DNA from: Vampirovibrionales bacterium
GTDB taxonomy: Bacteria; Cyanobacteriota; Vampirovibrionia; Vampirovibrionales; JAJTHC01
Length of the DNA stretch: 54,566 nt
Direction of reading: 5' to 3'
NCBI GenBank assembly: GCA_044347425.1
Contig: JBIKUS010000001.1
Span: 1-54,566 of the forward strand
The notes beneath the pieces are model-generated. The model was not told the origin of the DNA and did not search any database. It saw only the letters and a program-made list of their open reading frames with translations. The stretch's first letter is position 1. Every line of letters begins with the position of its first letter. Position numbers and translations under genes: made by a program. Positions 7,911 to 16,041 of this stretch are shown here, in pieces.

Positions 7911-8552
7911 TCAGGTTGCTCGGATTTTAGGCAAACTGGCATAAGGCTTTTTAGTGGTGGCTTTACCCTGTGCGGTATACGCCGACGCTTGCCGAGCGGT
8001 GTCGTTGGCTTCATCGCCACTGAGCAGGGCAATACTTTGCCTTGCCCACTGGAGCGACAGGGCCAGCAATTCGTCGATTTCGGCACTTAGGCTTAGGGCA
8101 AGCTGCATTAACTCGCGTAGGCTGGTGCGTTGTAGCCCCAACTTGGTAAGGGCGTTGTAGCACAGCCTAAACTGTTCGGGCGAGGTGGCACCCGTGGCAT
8201 GTTGCCACTGGGCAAGGGCATCACCTAGGTGGCCGCTTTCAATGCCGTGGCGTTGTAGTAGGTTAACCCGATGCTTGGCCTGTTTGTGTAATTGAGCGCG
8301 TAGGGTTTTCAGTTCCGTGTCCAACTGGGTGAGCTGGCCTAACTGTTCGGTGATGACGGCGTGCTTTTTGGTGGCCAACACGTCTACCGTGCGGTGGTGC
8401 AAGGCGAGTTCTTGTTGGATGAGACCCTCAAGCTCTGCGAGTATACCCAGTAAGGGCAAGTCGTTGTCTAAGGCATCCGTTGGCTGGTGTGCCAACACTA
8501 GCTCAGCGGTGGGCTGGGCTGGGCTATCTTGATGGGTGGTGCTATCTCTCAT
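7911..8552 (-). CDS. flgN: FlgN-like flagellar export chaperone
   Basis: Helical protein with an FlgN-like pattern (LLGILAELEGLIQQELALHHRTVDVL...), directly upstream of flgK. Start set at the ATG at 8552. The track ORF extends to 8675 through unlikely sequence. Confidence 0.55.
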   Translation of the reverse strand: MRDSTTHQDSPAQPTAELVLAHQPTDALDNDLPLLGILAELEGLIQQELALHHRTVDVLATKKHAVITEQLGQLTQLDTELKTLRAQLHKQAKHRVNLLQRHGIESGHLGDALAQWQHATGATSPEQFRLCYNALTKLGLQRTSLRELMQLALSLSAEIDELLALSLQWARQSIALLSGDEANDTARQASAYTAQGKATTKKPYASLPKIRAT

Positions 8553-8619
8553 AGGTGGATGCCTCGGTTGGGACAGATGCAATACTGAGTATGCCCCTAA
8601 GTGTAGTGTACGGTGTGGC

Positions 8620-8994
8620 TCAAGCTTTATAATCCACCAAAAGGCTAGTGTTATAGGCGTAAGCTCGTTCAACATCGGCCATGCTTAGCCCTACGTAGCC
8701 CGCTTTTTGGGCGATGCTCTCAATTTCGGCATAAGCCCTGTGTAAGCGTTTGGGCAGTGTGGCGTTGGCAGGTGCTGGGGCTTGAGCGGGTGTAGTAGGC
8801 TTCACCTCGGGGGGAGTGGCTTGGGCAGGCTGGTTGGCCAAAGCTCGTTTGGCAGCCAGTTGAGCCATGGCTGCACTGGGTTGCACCCCTTGGCTGGCCT
8901 GTACGGCTTGGCTGGTTTGTGTACGTTGGGCTTGCACCATCGCCCCAAAACTGTTGGGCGGGAAGCCATTACTGCTGGTACGTGAGAGTTCCAT
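8620..8994 (-). CDS. hypothetical protein in the position usually held by flgM
   Basis: Gene order (this ORF, flgN, flgK, flgL) mirrors flgM-flgN-flgK-flgL operons. The sequence itself gives no convincing FlgM motif. Confidence 0.45.
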   Translation of the reverse strand: MELSRTSSNGFPPNSFGAMVQAQRTQTSQAVQASQGVQPSAAMAQLAAKRALANQPAQATPPEVKPTTPAQAPAPANATLPKRLHRAYAEIESIAQKAGYVGLSMADVERAYAYNTSLLVDYKA

Positions 8995-9000
8995 GGTTGG

Positions 9001-9453
9001 CTAGCTCGTGGGTTGGATGGGTAAAGGTTTGAGTTCGGTAAAGCCAGTGTTAAGTGCAGGTTGAGCAAGGCTCTTGGCCTGTGGTGGTGGTGGAGACGTT
9101 GTGCTAGCCAGCTTGGCAGCGGCTTCTTTTTCTTCAAACGGTTTTTGGTTGAGAAATTGAAAGGCTTGAGCAAACACGTCTTGCGCTAGGCCAATGCCTT
9201 GGCCAGCGGTTTTGGCCATATTGCCTGCCATTTCTTGGTGCATTAGCCCTCTAAAGGTCTCTTCGGCTTCGCCGCCGCCTAAGGGGTTGTCGCTACGGTC
9301 AACGGTGGCATCCATGGCTTGTAAAAATTGTTGGAGAAAAACGGCTTCAAGCTCGGTGGCGGTTTTTTTGAGCTGTTGCGTATCACGTGAGCTAGGCTGG
9401 GCATATTCGGTGCGTATGCGTTGCGCCATGGCTTGGCTCAGCGTGTTGGGCAT
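9001..9453 (-). CDS. rod-binding protein (FlgJ N-terminal domain-like)
   Basis: LEAVFLQQFLQAMD...GGGEAEETFRGLMHQEMAGNMAKTAGQGIGLA matches the rod-binding domain pattern. No muramidase domain. Confidence 0.75.
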   Translation of the reverse strand: MPNTLSQAMAQRIRTEYAQPSSRDTQQLKKTATELEAVFLQQFLQAMDATVDRSDNPLGGGEAEETFRGLMHQEMAGNMAKTAGQGIGLAQDVFAQAFQFLNQKPFEEKEAAAKLASTTSPPPPQAKSLAQPALNTGFTELKPLPIQPTS

Positions 9454-9581
9454 AATTGGGTTGGCTCTCTAACTCGGTGAAAATGACTCTCTTCTACCCC
9501 TAGTATGGCAGAAGTGCCTCTCCCTTAGCATACGCCAAAGGGATGAACCCGTGTTGCGCTGTTGTTACAGTAAGCGACCTT

Positions 9582-9905
9582 TTACTGAAGCCCTGCTTTG
9601 GCCTTTACCCGTTGCATTTTAGCCAGTAGTGGCTCTGCCAAGGGGTCTTCGTCTCGGCGGTCGTCAATTTTTAAGCTGGTCACCACCCGTTGAACACCGC
9701 CCGTAAAGGCCGCCTCGTGCATGGCTGAAACCACCTCTAGCAACAGGCTTAATTCGCCCCGCAACGTGGTAGACATGGGGTTAAGGTGATATTCCACACT
9801 GGGGTAGCGTAACAACACCTTTTCGGCTTCGGCAATGGTGTCGCCTAAACTGGTACTGCCTGTACCTAACGGCACTAACGAAACATCAATTTTAACCACA
9901 GGCAT
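9582..9905 (-). CDS. MTH1187/YkoF-like (UPF0045) thiamine-binding family protein
   Basis: About 100 aa with VSLVPLGTGSTSLGDTIAEAEKVL and the HLNPMSTTLRGE pattern typical of this family. Confidence 0.7.
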   Translation of the reverse strand: MPVVKIDVSLVPLGTGSTSLGDTIAEAEKVLLRYPSVEYHLNPMSTTLRGELSLLLEVVSAMHEAAFTGGVQRVVTSLKIDDRRDEDPLAEPLLAKMQRVKAKAGLQ

Positions 9906-9923
9906 CAGAGAGGTCTCCTTTAA

Positions 9924-11057
9924 CTAAGGGGTAAGGTCGTTTGGCCACAAGCTGGCATCCAGCTCTGCCAGCCATGCCGTAGGGAGCATGGCCTCCCATT
10001 GTAGCACATGGCTGTGCTGCCAAACGGCTTTAGGCCAATCTTCTACCAGCCACTTGCTGGCATCTTTAGCGGTGGTGATGACTAAAAGCTGGGGATGGTG
10101 CGCTTGGTGCGACTGGTAGTGTTGAGCCACCTGCCTGCACACCTCGGGGGTGTATTGGGCATGGTCGGCCAGCCGATGATGCCCCAACACCGTCACCCCC
10201 TCACTGGCCACGGCAGCTTCAAATGCATCACCTTGGGCTAAACCACTCACCAACAACGCTGCCCACCCTGCCAACGCCTGCAAAGGGAGGGTCTTGCCTG
10301 TGGCTAGGGCTAACCAGCCCGTGGGGGCAAAGGTCACGCTAGCAAAAGCGTTAGGCGAGAGGTGTGTTAAGCCCTGTGCCACAGATGGGGGCAAGCTGCT
10401 TTTAGCCTCTTCGCCCTGCACGACAGAGCTGGCGTGAGCGGCAAGTACATGCGTTGCTCGGCGAAGGGCGTGGGAGAGGGGTTCACGGTTGGGGCCAGTG
10501 GGTAACACGTAGCCGTTGCCCACACCTCGGTGGGGGCGCACGTCTACCAGTAACAGGTTGGCTTGGCGGCTGAGGCGTTGGTATTGGTAGCCATCATCCA
10601 GCAATACCACGTCGGGCTGATACGCTTGGTAGGCTTGTTGAGCAGTGAGGCAGCGGTTGCGCCCTACAATCACCACGGCTTGGGGGAGGGCTTGTTGCAA
10701 TTCGTGGGCTTCGTCGCCAAAGGCGGGATGTGTGGCTTGGGCATAGCGTTGTGGGGCAGTGGCTCCATACCCTCGGGATAAAATGACCACCCGCTTGCCT
10801 TGGGCTAGCCAATGCTTTGCCAAGGCTTTAACCACGGGTGTTTTGCCAGTGCCGCCCGTGGTAATATTACCCACACTGACCACAGGACAGGGCAGCGTAA
10901 CTACGCTAAGCCAACCCCATTGCAAAGCCAGTTGACGCACCCACCACGCAAGAGTATACCCCCAGCGTAACACAGCGGTAAGCCCTACCCACACCCATGG
11001 CGGTGTAGACGCATAATGCCACGTTACTATCTGCTTAAGATAGTAGGATTTACTCAT
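9924..11057 (-). CDS. lpxK: tetraacyldisaccharide 4'-kinase (lipid A biosynthesis)
   Basis: VVSVGNITTGGTGKTPVVKALA P-loop signature and RGYG. Start set at the ATG at 11057. The longer track ORF reads through a REP element. Confidence 0.85.
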   Translation of the reverse strand: MSKSYYLKQIVTWHYASTPPWVWVGLTAVLRWGYTLAWWVRQLALQWGWLSVVTLPCPVVSVGNITTGGTGKTPVVKALAKHWLAQGKRVVILSRGYGATAPQRYAQATHPAFGDEAHELQQALPQAVVIVGRNRCLTAQQAYQAYQPDVVLLDDGYQYQRLSRQANLLLVDVRPHRGVGNGYVLPTGPNREPLSHALRRATHVLAAHASSVVQGEEAKSSLPPSVAQGLTHLSPNAFASVTFAPTGWLALATGKTLPLQALAGWAALLVSGLAQGDAFEAAVASEGVTVLGHHRLADHAQYTPEVCRQVAQHYQSHQAHHPQLLVITTAKDASKWLVEDWPKAVWQHSHVLQWEAMLPTAWLAELDASLWPNDLTP

Positions 11058-11060
11058 TCC

Positions 11061-11096
11061 CACCCTCTCCCTTCGGGAGAGGGAAGGGTGAGGGAC
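11061..11096. repeat. REP-like GC hairpin element abutting the lpxK start
   Basis: CACCCTCTCCCTTCGGGAGAGGGAAGGGTGAGGGAC with 9-bp arms CCCTCTCCC/GGGAGAGGG. Confidence 0.65.
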
Positions 11097-11120
11097 AGCC
11101 ATTTTTAACTATTGTTGGTC

Positions 11121-11172
11121 GTCCCTCACCCGTTGCTCCCGCAACGACCTCTCCCGAAGGGAGAGGTAAGGA
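11121..11172. repeat. REP-like element, inverted copy with an internal insertion
   Basis: GTCCCTCACCC...CCTCTCCCGAAGGGAGAGG is the reverse complement of the 11061 copy plus about 15 extra nt. Confidence 0.6.
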
Positions 11173-11200
11173 TGCTCTTTTGGTTTGAGGATTCTTCATG

Positions 11201-11491
11201 CTACTTCGCATCTTCGGGCAAGGTGGCCTGCTTTAGCAGCGCATCGGCTCGGGCGTGGCCGTTGCAACAGCCCACGTGGCCAGGGTTGTGCTTTTTAGGG
11301 GGGGATACGTCAGGCGTGGCAAGGGTACGCATCACGTTAACACTGCCATACTGAGCAGGAGCCACCTGCACAAAACCGCCACAGGCAGGGCAGCCATCGT
11401 CTAACAAGGCTTGCAACCCACCCTCAGTATCTGAAGTAGATCGTTCGCCGTGCCAAGGGCAGGTTTCGCACTGTAGGTGGTAACTGGGCAT
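11201..11491 (-). CDS. FmdB-family zinc-ribbon protein
   Basis: MPSYHLQCETC...CPACGG: an N-terminal CxxC...CxxC zinc ribbon in the FmdB arrangement. Confidence 0.6.
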   Translation of the reverse strand: MPSYHLQCETCPWHGERSTSDTEGGLQALLDDGCPACGGFVQVAPAQYGSVNVMRTLATPDVSPPKKHNPGHVGCCNGHARADALLKQATLPEDAK

Positions 11492-11508
11492 AAGCGACCT
11501 TAGCGACG

Positions 11509-12132
11509 TTATAGCGGGTCAACGGCCGCCCCAGTGGCATCGGCCATGGCACGAGCAGCTTCTAACGAGCTGAGTACCCCTAGCTGAATAACCACGCCGC
11601 CCTTGTGGCGTTTGACCACAGGCGAGGCACCTTGCGCTTGGTAGCGGGGCAGGGCTTGTTTGGCCTCATCTTCGGTGGCAAAGCCAGCCACATACACCCT
11701 ATACAGTTTAGGTGCGCTGGCCGTGGGGGCAGGCGGTGCAGGGGGCGTGGCAGGGGCTGCATCGGGGGGTGGGGCTTCAGTTGCGAGCGGGTTAACGCCT
11801 TCGGCGGGAGCCTCTGTGGGTGAGGTTGGTGTGAGGCTACTGTCTACCACGGCGGGTTCGGGGTGTTGGCCATCAACCCCCATAAACGGAGCCATGGGCT
11901 TTGCCGTACTTTCTGAGGGGACGTTGACATCGGCCTCATCAAAACCGTTGGTGGTTCTGGGGGCAAAAGGGCTGGCTTCTTGGCGGTCAGTTACTAGGGG
12001 GGCTGTGTCAGGGTTGCGGGTGTTAAACTTTAGGCTCAACTGGTCAAAAAACAGGCTAAAAAACACCAGCATCACCGCCATTGAGACGACGACCACTGTT
12101 ATAAACAACACCAAGGTTTTTTTCATGTTCAT
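11509..12132 (-). CDS. SPOR-domain membrane protein (peptidoglycan binding)
   Basis: N-terminal TM helix, Pro/Ala-rich linker, and C-terminal YRVYVAGFATEDEAKQALPRYQAQG SPOR-like domain. Confidence 0.65.
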   Translation of the reverse strand: MNMKKTLVLFITVVVVSMAVMLVFFSLFFDQLSLKFNTRNPDTAPLVTDRQEASPFAPRTTNGFDEADVNVPSESTAKPMAPFMGVDGQHPEPAVVDSSLTPTSPTEAPAEGVNPLATEAPPPDAAPATPPAPPAPTASAPKLYRVYVAGFATEDEAKQALPRYQAQGASPVVKRHKGGVVIQLGVLSSLEAARAMADATGAAVDPL

Positions 12133-12244
12133 AACAGGTCAGCTTTCACACGCTTAAACTATCCACATAGAATGATGTTTATAGTTTACCCTTAGTAGCA
12201 GGGTGCTAGCAAGTGGCAAGAGAGGTAAACTCAACCGTTATCGC

Positions 12245-13288
12245 CTAAGCTGGTGAACTATCCGTACCCAACCATAACAACGGGTTGCGTAAAGCGTTGG
12301 TTTGCGTCGTGTTAATGCGCTGCCAATACGTATGTTCTAACACTAAGGTGTCGCCTAGCCATTGCCCACCTAAGGCTTGCGTCACCTCGAGCAAATGTGC
12401 TTGCCATGCCCACACTTGTAAACGCAAGGTCGCCTTGGGGTAACCTTTTGCCAAGTGCTGAGCGGCCACTAACAACAAACTGGTTTGCACCTCGGCGGGG
12501 ACACCCAAGCTACAGCGCAGGGTTAGTTCGGCGTAAGGTTGTTGGGCTGTTGGGGCTTGTAATTCAATATACGCTAGGGGCGGGCGGTTGGCTTGGGCAG
12601 AGGACGTACCACCCGCTACTACCCAACGTCTGCTCCAGCGGTAGCCCCACCATTTGCGCCACGTTTGGCGCACACCATGCCACCACCAATCCACGGCGTG
12701 GGGTAATAAACAGGTATGAAAAGCCGAAGGGGTAGCCTCGTGCCATAAGCCAGCCAGTTGAGGCATTTCTTGTAAGGCAACTTCGTGCAGGGTGGTGCCT
12801 TGGGGCAACCCCATGGGGTGCGTTTGGGCGTATTGGCATAAGCTGGCCACGGGCCACTCAAACCGTCCAAAGTGGGTCAGCTTGGTAAAGCCACCCTCTT
12901 TGGCGAGGGCTAGGGCTTCAGTATCCGTGGCCGAAAGGTACAGCAAGAGCCGCTCCAACCCCTTTGCGCCGTAATGGCTAATGGCAAATGCCAGCAAGGG
13001 CTTGGCCATGGTCACGCTCGAGGCTTCGGGGCTAAGGATGAGCGGATCAATGCGCCCCCGCGGGTGCCGCCAACTGTCACGCTTGACTTGCAGCAGGCCA
13101 ACAGGTTGCCCTTCTTCGCTTAACACGTGAAGCCCTGCCCATAGCTTAAGGGGTAAGCCTACACTTCGTAACACCACATCAGCTAGCCACCACAGCGTAG
13201 GGTTGCGGGAGTAGCCCACCCCTTGTGTGGCCCATAACTGGGCAATGGCGTGACGATGCCGCCACGTAAGTGGAGTAATGCGCAACAC
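12245..13288 (-). CDS. hypothetical protein with a GNAT-like N-terminal region
   Basis: GVGLLQVKR...AKPLLAFAISHYGAKGLERLLLYLSATDTEALALAKEGGF resembles an acetyltransferase core. GTG start is uncertain. Confidence 0.45.
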   Translation of the reverse strand: MLRITPLTWRHRHAIAQLWATQGVGYSRNPTLWWLADVVLRSVGLPLKLWAGLHVLSEEGQPVGLLQVKRDSWRHPRGRIDPLILSPEASSVTMAKPLLAFAISHYGAKGLERLLLYLSATDTEALALAKEGGFTKLTHFGRFEWPVASLCQYAQTHPMGLPQGTTLHEVALQEMPQLAGLWHEATPSAFHTCLLPHAVDWWWHGVRQTWRKWWGYRWSRRWVVAGGTSSAQANRPPLAYIELQAPTAQQPYAELTLRCSLGVPAEVQTSLLLVAAQHLAKGYPKATLRLQVWAWQAHLLEVTQALGGQWLGDTLVLEHTYWQRINTTQTNALRNPLLWLGTDSSPA

Positions 13289-13370
13289 AGGTGGAGTCTT
13301 GCCGCCTCTTAAAGATTAGCTCACAAACAACACTAGTGAGTATAGTTTAATTTGGCCATGCTGGCAAAGT

Positions 13371-14111
13371 TTACAATGGCTGGCTCTCGTACACCCACGC
13401 TTGTAGCTGGTAGCGTAAGACCCACCCGCCTGTGACGGGGTCTCGTACCAAACTGGCTTGCCTAAGAGGGTCGGTCTCTTGGGCGACGGCAAGGGGTTGC
13501 TTGGTGACTTGTCTCGCCGTCATGGCTTGCACAGGTTGGTTGGCCGTGGTGGTTTTAAGGGAGACTTCTACCATCGCCAGTGCCTGCCCTGCCCGTTTAA
13601 CGGCAAGTGTGAGCATGGGCTTGGGTTCGGCCACGTTGTTGGGTTGGCTTTCGGCAAAGGCGGGTTGTGCGCATGTGGGGCTAGCTTCTCGTTCGGGTTG
13701 CACCATGTAAAAGCCTGTGGGCAGGGTGGTGCCGCTTTGCCTAAGCGTTAGCGGTGCGCCTACACGTAACAAGGCGTAAGGCAAAGCGGGGAGCTTCCGC
13801 TCGCCTACATCCGTGTGTTTTTCTACAGGGGGTGGAGGTGTTTCCTTATGCCAAAACTTCCACCAAGGCACTTTGGGCTTGTTACTTTGTTTTGCTAAGG
13901 CGGGGTTGTAACCAGGGGGATTGTCGTACACGGTGGTTTGTGGCAATGCCCCCTTTGGGGCTTGGTTAGAGGGTACTAAGTGATACGTCCCCGAGGTTTG
14001 GTCGTAGGGTTGCCAGCTTTCTTCAGCATGGGTGGGCGGCGTGGTCACTGCCAGTGCGCTTAGCACAAAGCCAAGAGCCAACAGGGCTAAGGTGCGATGC
14101 TTCATGGGCAA
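13371..14111 (-). CDS. secreted hypothetical protein
   Basis: Signal peptide MPMKHRTLALLALGFVLSALAVTTPPTHA. No recognisable domain. Confidence 0.55.
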   Translation of the reverse strand: MPMKHRTLALLALGFVLSALAVTTPPTHAEESWQPYDQTSGTYHLVPSNQAPKGALPQTTVYDNPPGYNPALAKQSNKPKVPWWKFWHKETPPPPVEKHTDVGERKLPALPYALLRVGAPLTLRQSGTTLPTGFYMVQPEREASPTCAQPAFAESQPNNVAEPKPMLTLAVKRAGQALAMVEVSLKTTTANQPVQAMTARQVTKQPLAVAQETDPLRQASLVRDPVTGGWVLRYQLQAWVYESQPL

Positions 14112-14117
14112 ACTCCT

Positions 14118-15599
14118 CTATAAGTAATTAAATAACTTAGCGGCACGGCTGGTTTGGCCTTGCTCAACATACAGGCTGGCCAGTTGGCGTAAGCTAGCTT
14201 TATAGCGTTGCACGTCGCTACCTTGTTTGGCGTAGCCCAAGCTCTCTTTGTAGGCACTTTCGGCCAGTTGAGGCTGTTGCGTACGTTGGTAAGCCAAAGC
14301 CAAGTGATGGTACACATCGGCCATGCCTGTAGCTCCCCCCAAGGCCAGCAGCGGAGCCTCAGCTTGAAGGGCTTGTTGCAACACACCTACGGCGGCTTGC
14401 GGTTGCCCCAGTTGCAGCTTAAGTATGCCTAATTCATGCGCCACTTGGGCAGGTTGTGCCAGCGGGGGTTGCCCATTCGCCACAGCCTGCTGCGGGGGGA
14501 GCCATTGCAGGGCTTGTTCAAGCACGTGGTTGGCCGTTTCAAACTGATGCTGGCCTTGTAACCAACGGGCATGGGCTAGGCTCACCTGTTGGGCTTGGGG
14601 TAGTAGGTTACGCTCGCCTAAAAATTGGGTGGCTTGCTCATAAGCGGTGTGAATGCTTTGGGCGGGGGCATCGGCCTTGGTGAGCAGTTTGGGGCGTTGT
14701 TCAAGCAATTTGGCCAAGGTGCTGGCGGGTTGGGTCGTTTCTAGGGTAGGCCATTGCTCGTTGAGCCAGTCCAAAGCTACCGCCCACTCCCTGTCTTGTA
14801 TGGCTTGGTAGTAGGGGGCAAGTTGTTGGCGTTGTTGCGCCATACTGGCTTGCGGTAACTGCTCTTGGGGGGCTGTATTGCCCACGCTGGCCCGTTGCAC
14901 CAAGGGCGGTGCATCGGGCGAGACTGGCCAAGCGATAGGCTGCTGTAGTAAGGCTTCCACCCATTCGCCCACCACGGTTGAAGGTTGCCCCAAGGCCTCG
15001 GTGACGTGGCCATCCAACCGTTGAGCAGCTCGGCGAAGGCTGGCTTCAATCAGGGGGGTATCGGGCGAGGGTTGGCGTACTTCGTGGTCAATCAGGGCGA
15101 GGTAATCGTCTAGCTGTTGGCGTAGGACATCGGGCGCACCTAGTAAGTTAGCGGTTTGTTGCAAATCTCTTACAATCGCTTGGCTGGTAAGCGTCTCGTT
15201 TTGCAAGTGCATGGCCACGGTTTCAAGGGCATCGGCGGCTTGCGTGGCCAAGGGCGGGGCTTCGCTCACTTGCGGAGGCAGAGTTTGCGGTTGCCATACG
15301 GGTTGGCTAGGCAACACAGGGCTATTGTTGATGAGGGCGTTACTGGTGCCTTGCAGGCTGTAGCCCGCATCTGGGGCGGTAAACTGTATGCCTGCTGCCA
15401 GTAGCCCTTGTTGTGCCGCACTGCTTTGCCGTGCTAACCAGTCAGATTGTTGTGGCGTGAGAGCAGGGTTCAGATCGGCGGAGTCGTCGGGCGAAGGCTG
15501 TGTGCCACGGCCACGGCTACGGCCTTGGTCGTCGGGTGCGCCAAGAGGGGTGGGCTGTGGGTAGCCAATGGGTGCTGAACTGAGACGTGTCACCATCAT
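14118..15599 (-). CDS. hypothetical protein with C-terminal TPR-like repeats
   Basis: Gln-rich N-terminal half. The C-terminus YHHLALAYQRTQQPQLAESAYKESLGYAKQ... is TPR-like. Confidence 0.55.
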   Translation of the reverse strand: MMVTRLSSAPIGYPQPTPLGAPDDQGRSRGRGTQPSPDDSADLNPALTPQQSDWLARQSSAAQQGLLAAGIQFTAPDAGYSLQGTSNALINNSPVLPSQPVWQPQTLPPQVSEAPPLATQAADALETVAMHLQNETLTSQAIVRDLQQTANLLGAPDVLRQQLDDYLALIDHEVRQPSPDTPLIEASLRRAAQRLDGHVTEALGQPSTVVGEWVEALLQQPIAWPVSPDAPPLVQRASVGNTAPQEQLPQASMAQQRQQLAPYYQAIQDREWAVALDWLNEQWPTLETTQPASTLAKLLEQRPKLLTKADAPAQSIHTAYEQATQFLGERNLLPQAQQVSLAHARWLQGQHQFETANHVLEQALQWLPPQQAVANGQPPLAQPAQVAHELGILKLQLGQPQAAVGVLQQALQAEAPLLALGGATGMADVYHHLALAYQRTQQPQLAESAYKESLGYAKQGSDVQRYKASLRQLASLYVEQGQTSRAAKLFNYL

Positions 15600-16041
15600 A
15601 GTGGGTTATGGCCTTGAGCTTATCAGAGTCGTAGAGCAAAACAGGCGATGCGTGGTAGGGGAGGGCAAACCGATCGCACACCTTACCTTCGGTATCGGGC
15701 AGGGTGAGCTTGGGCTTAAGAGTGTTGCGTGGTAGTTAGGCTGGTTGGTGTAGCCGTTGGCCGATGGTAGCCTGCACCCCTACATCAAACAGTGTAGGGC
15801 AATTATTACCTTTTGCAGGGCAAGCTTGGCCACATTGCTGCTTTGGTGTAAGGGGGTAAGTATAACAATGAGCTTAAGATGCTTGTGAACACTACGCCTA
15901 TGCGCTAAACTGTGGTAAAGTAGTCTGGGTTGCCAATAGGCTTAGGCGTATTGTTAAACGAGTCGGTGCCGTCTCGTTGTCGTAGAAAGGCTGGCCTTGC
16001 AACTAGGCTGTAGGCCACACGGTTTTGGATAGTTTCACCCC

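Noticed and set aside
7590-8090. ORFs reading through REP elements (7590-8090 plus, 7835-8086 minus, 11112-11354 plus, and the 5' extensions of 7911-8675 and 9924-11102), giving peptides such as PLPLGEGRVRV or PSPRGRGKEG
   Set aside because: These peptides are the translation of the GC-rich palindromic repeat family. The frames stay open only because the repeat lacks stop codons. Shorter starts with proper context were used for flgN (8552) and lpxK (11057).
8802-9173. 123-aa minus-strand ORF overlapping both the 124-aa ORF and the rod-binding gene
   Set aside because: It is in a different frame spanning two better-supported genes, and its translation is Pro/Leu/Asn/Trp-rich with no features.
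9502-9528. Sigma-28-like promoter CTAAG-N14-GCCATACT upstream of the flagellar block
   Set aside because: The match to TAAA-N15-GCCGATAA is only partial and there is a single instance. It is mentioned in a finding but is too weak to list as a feature.
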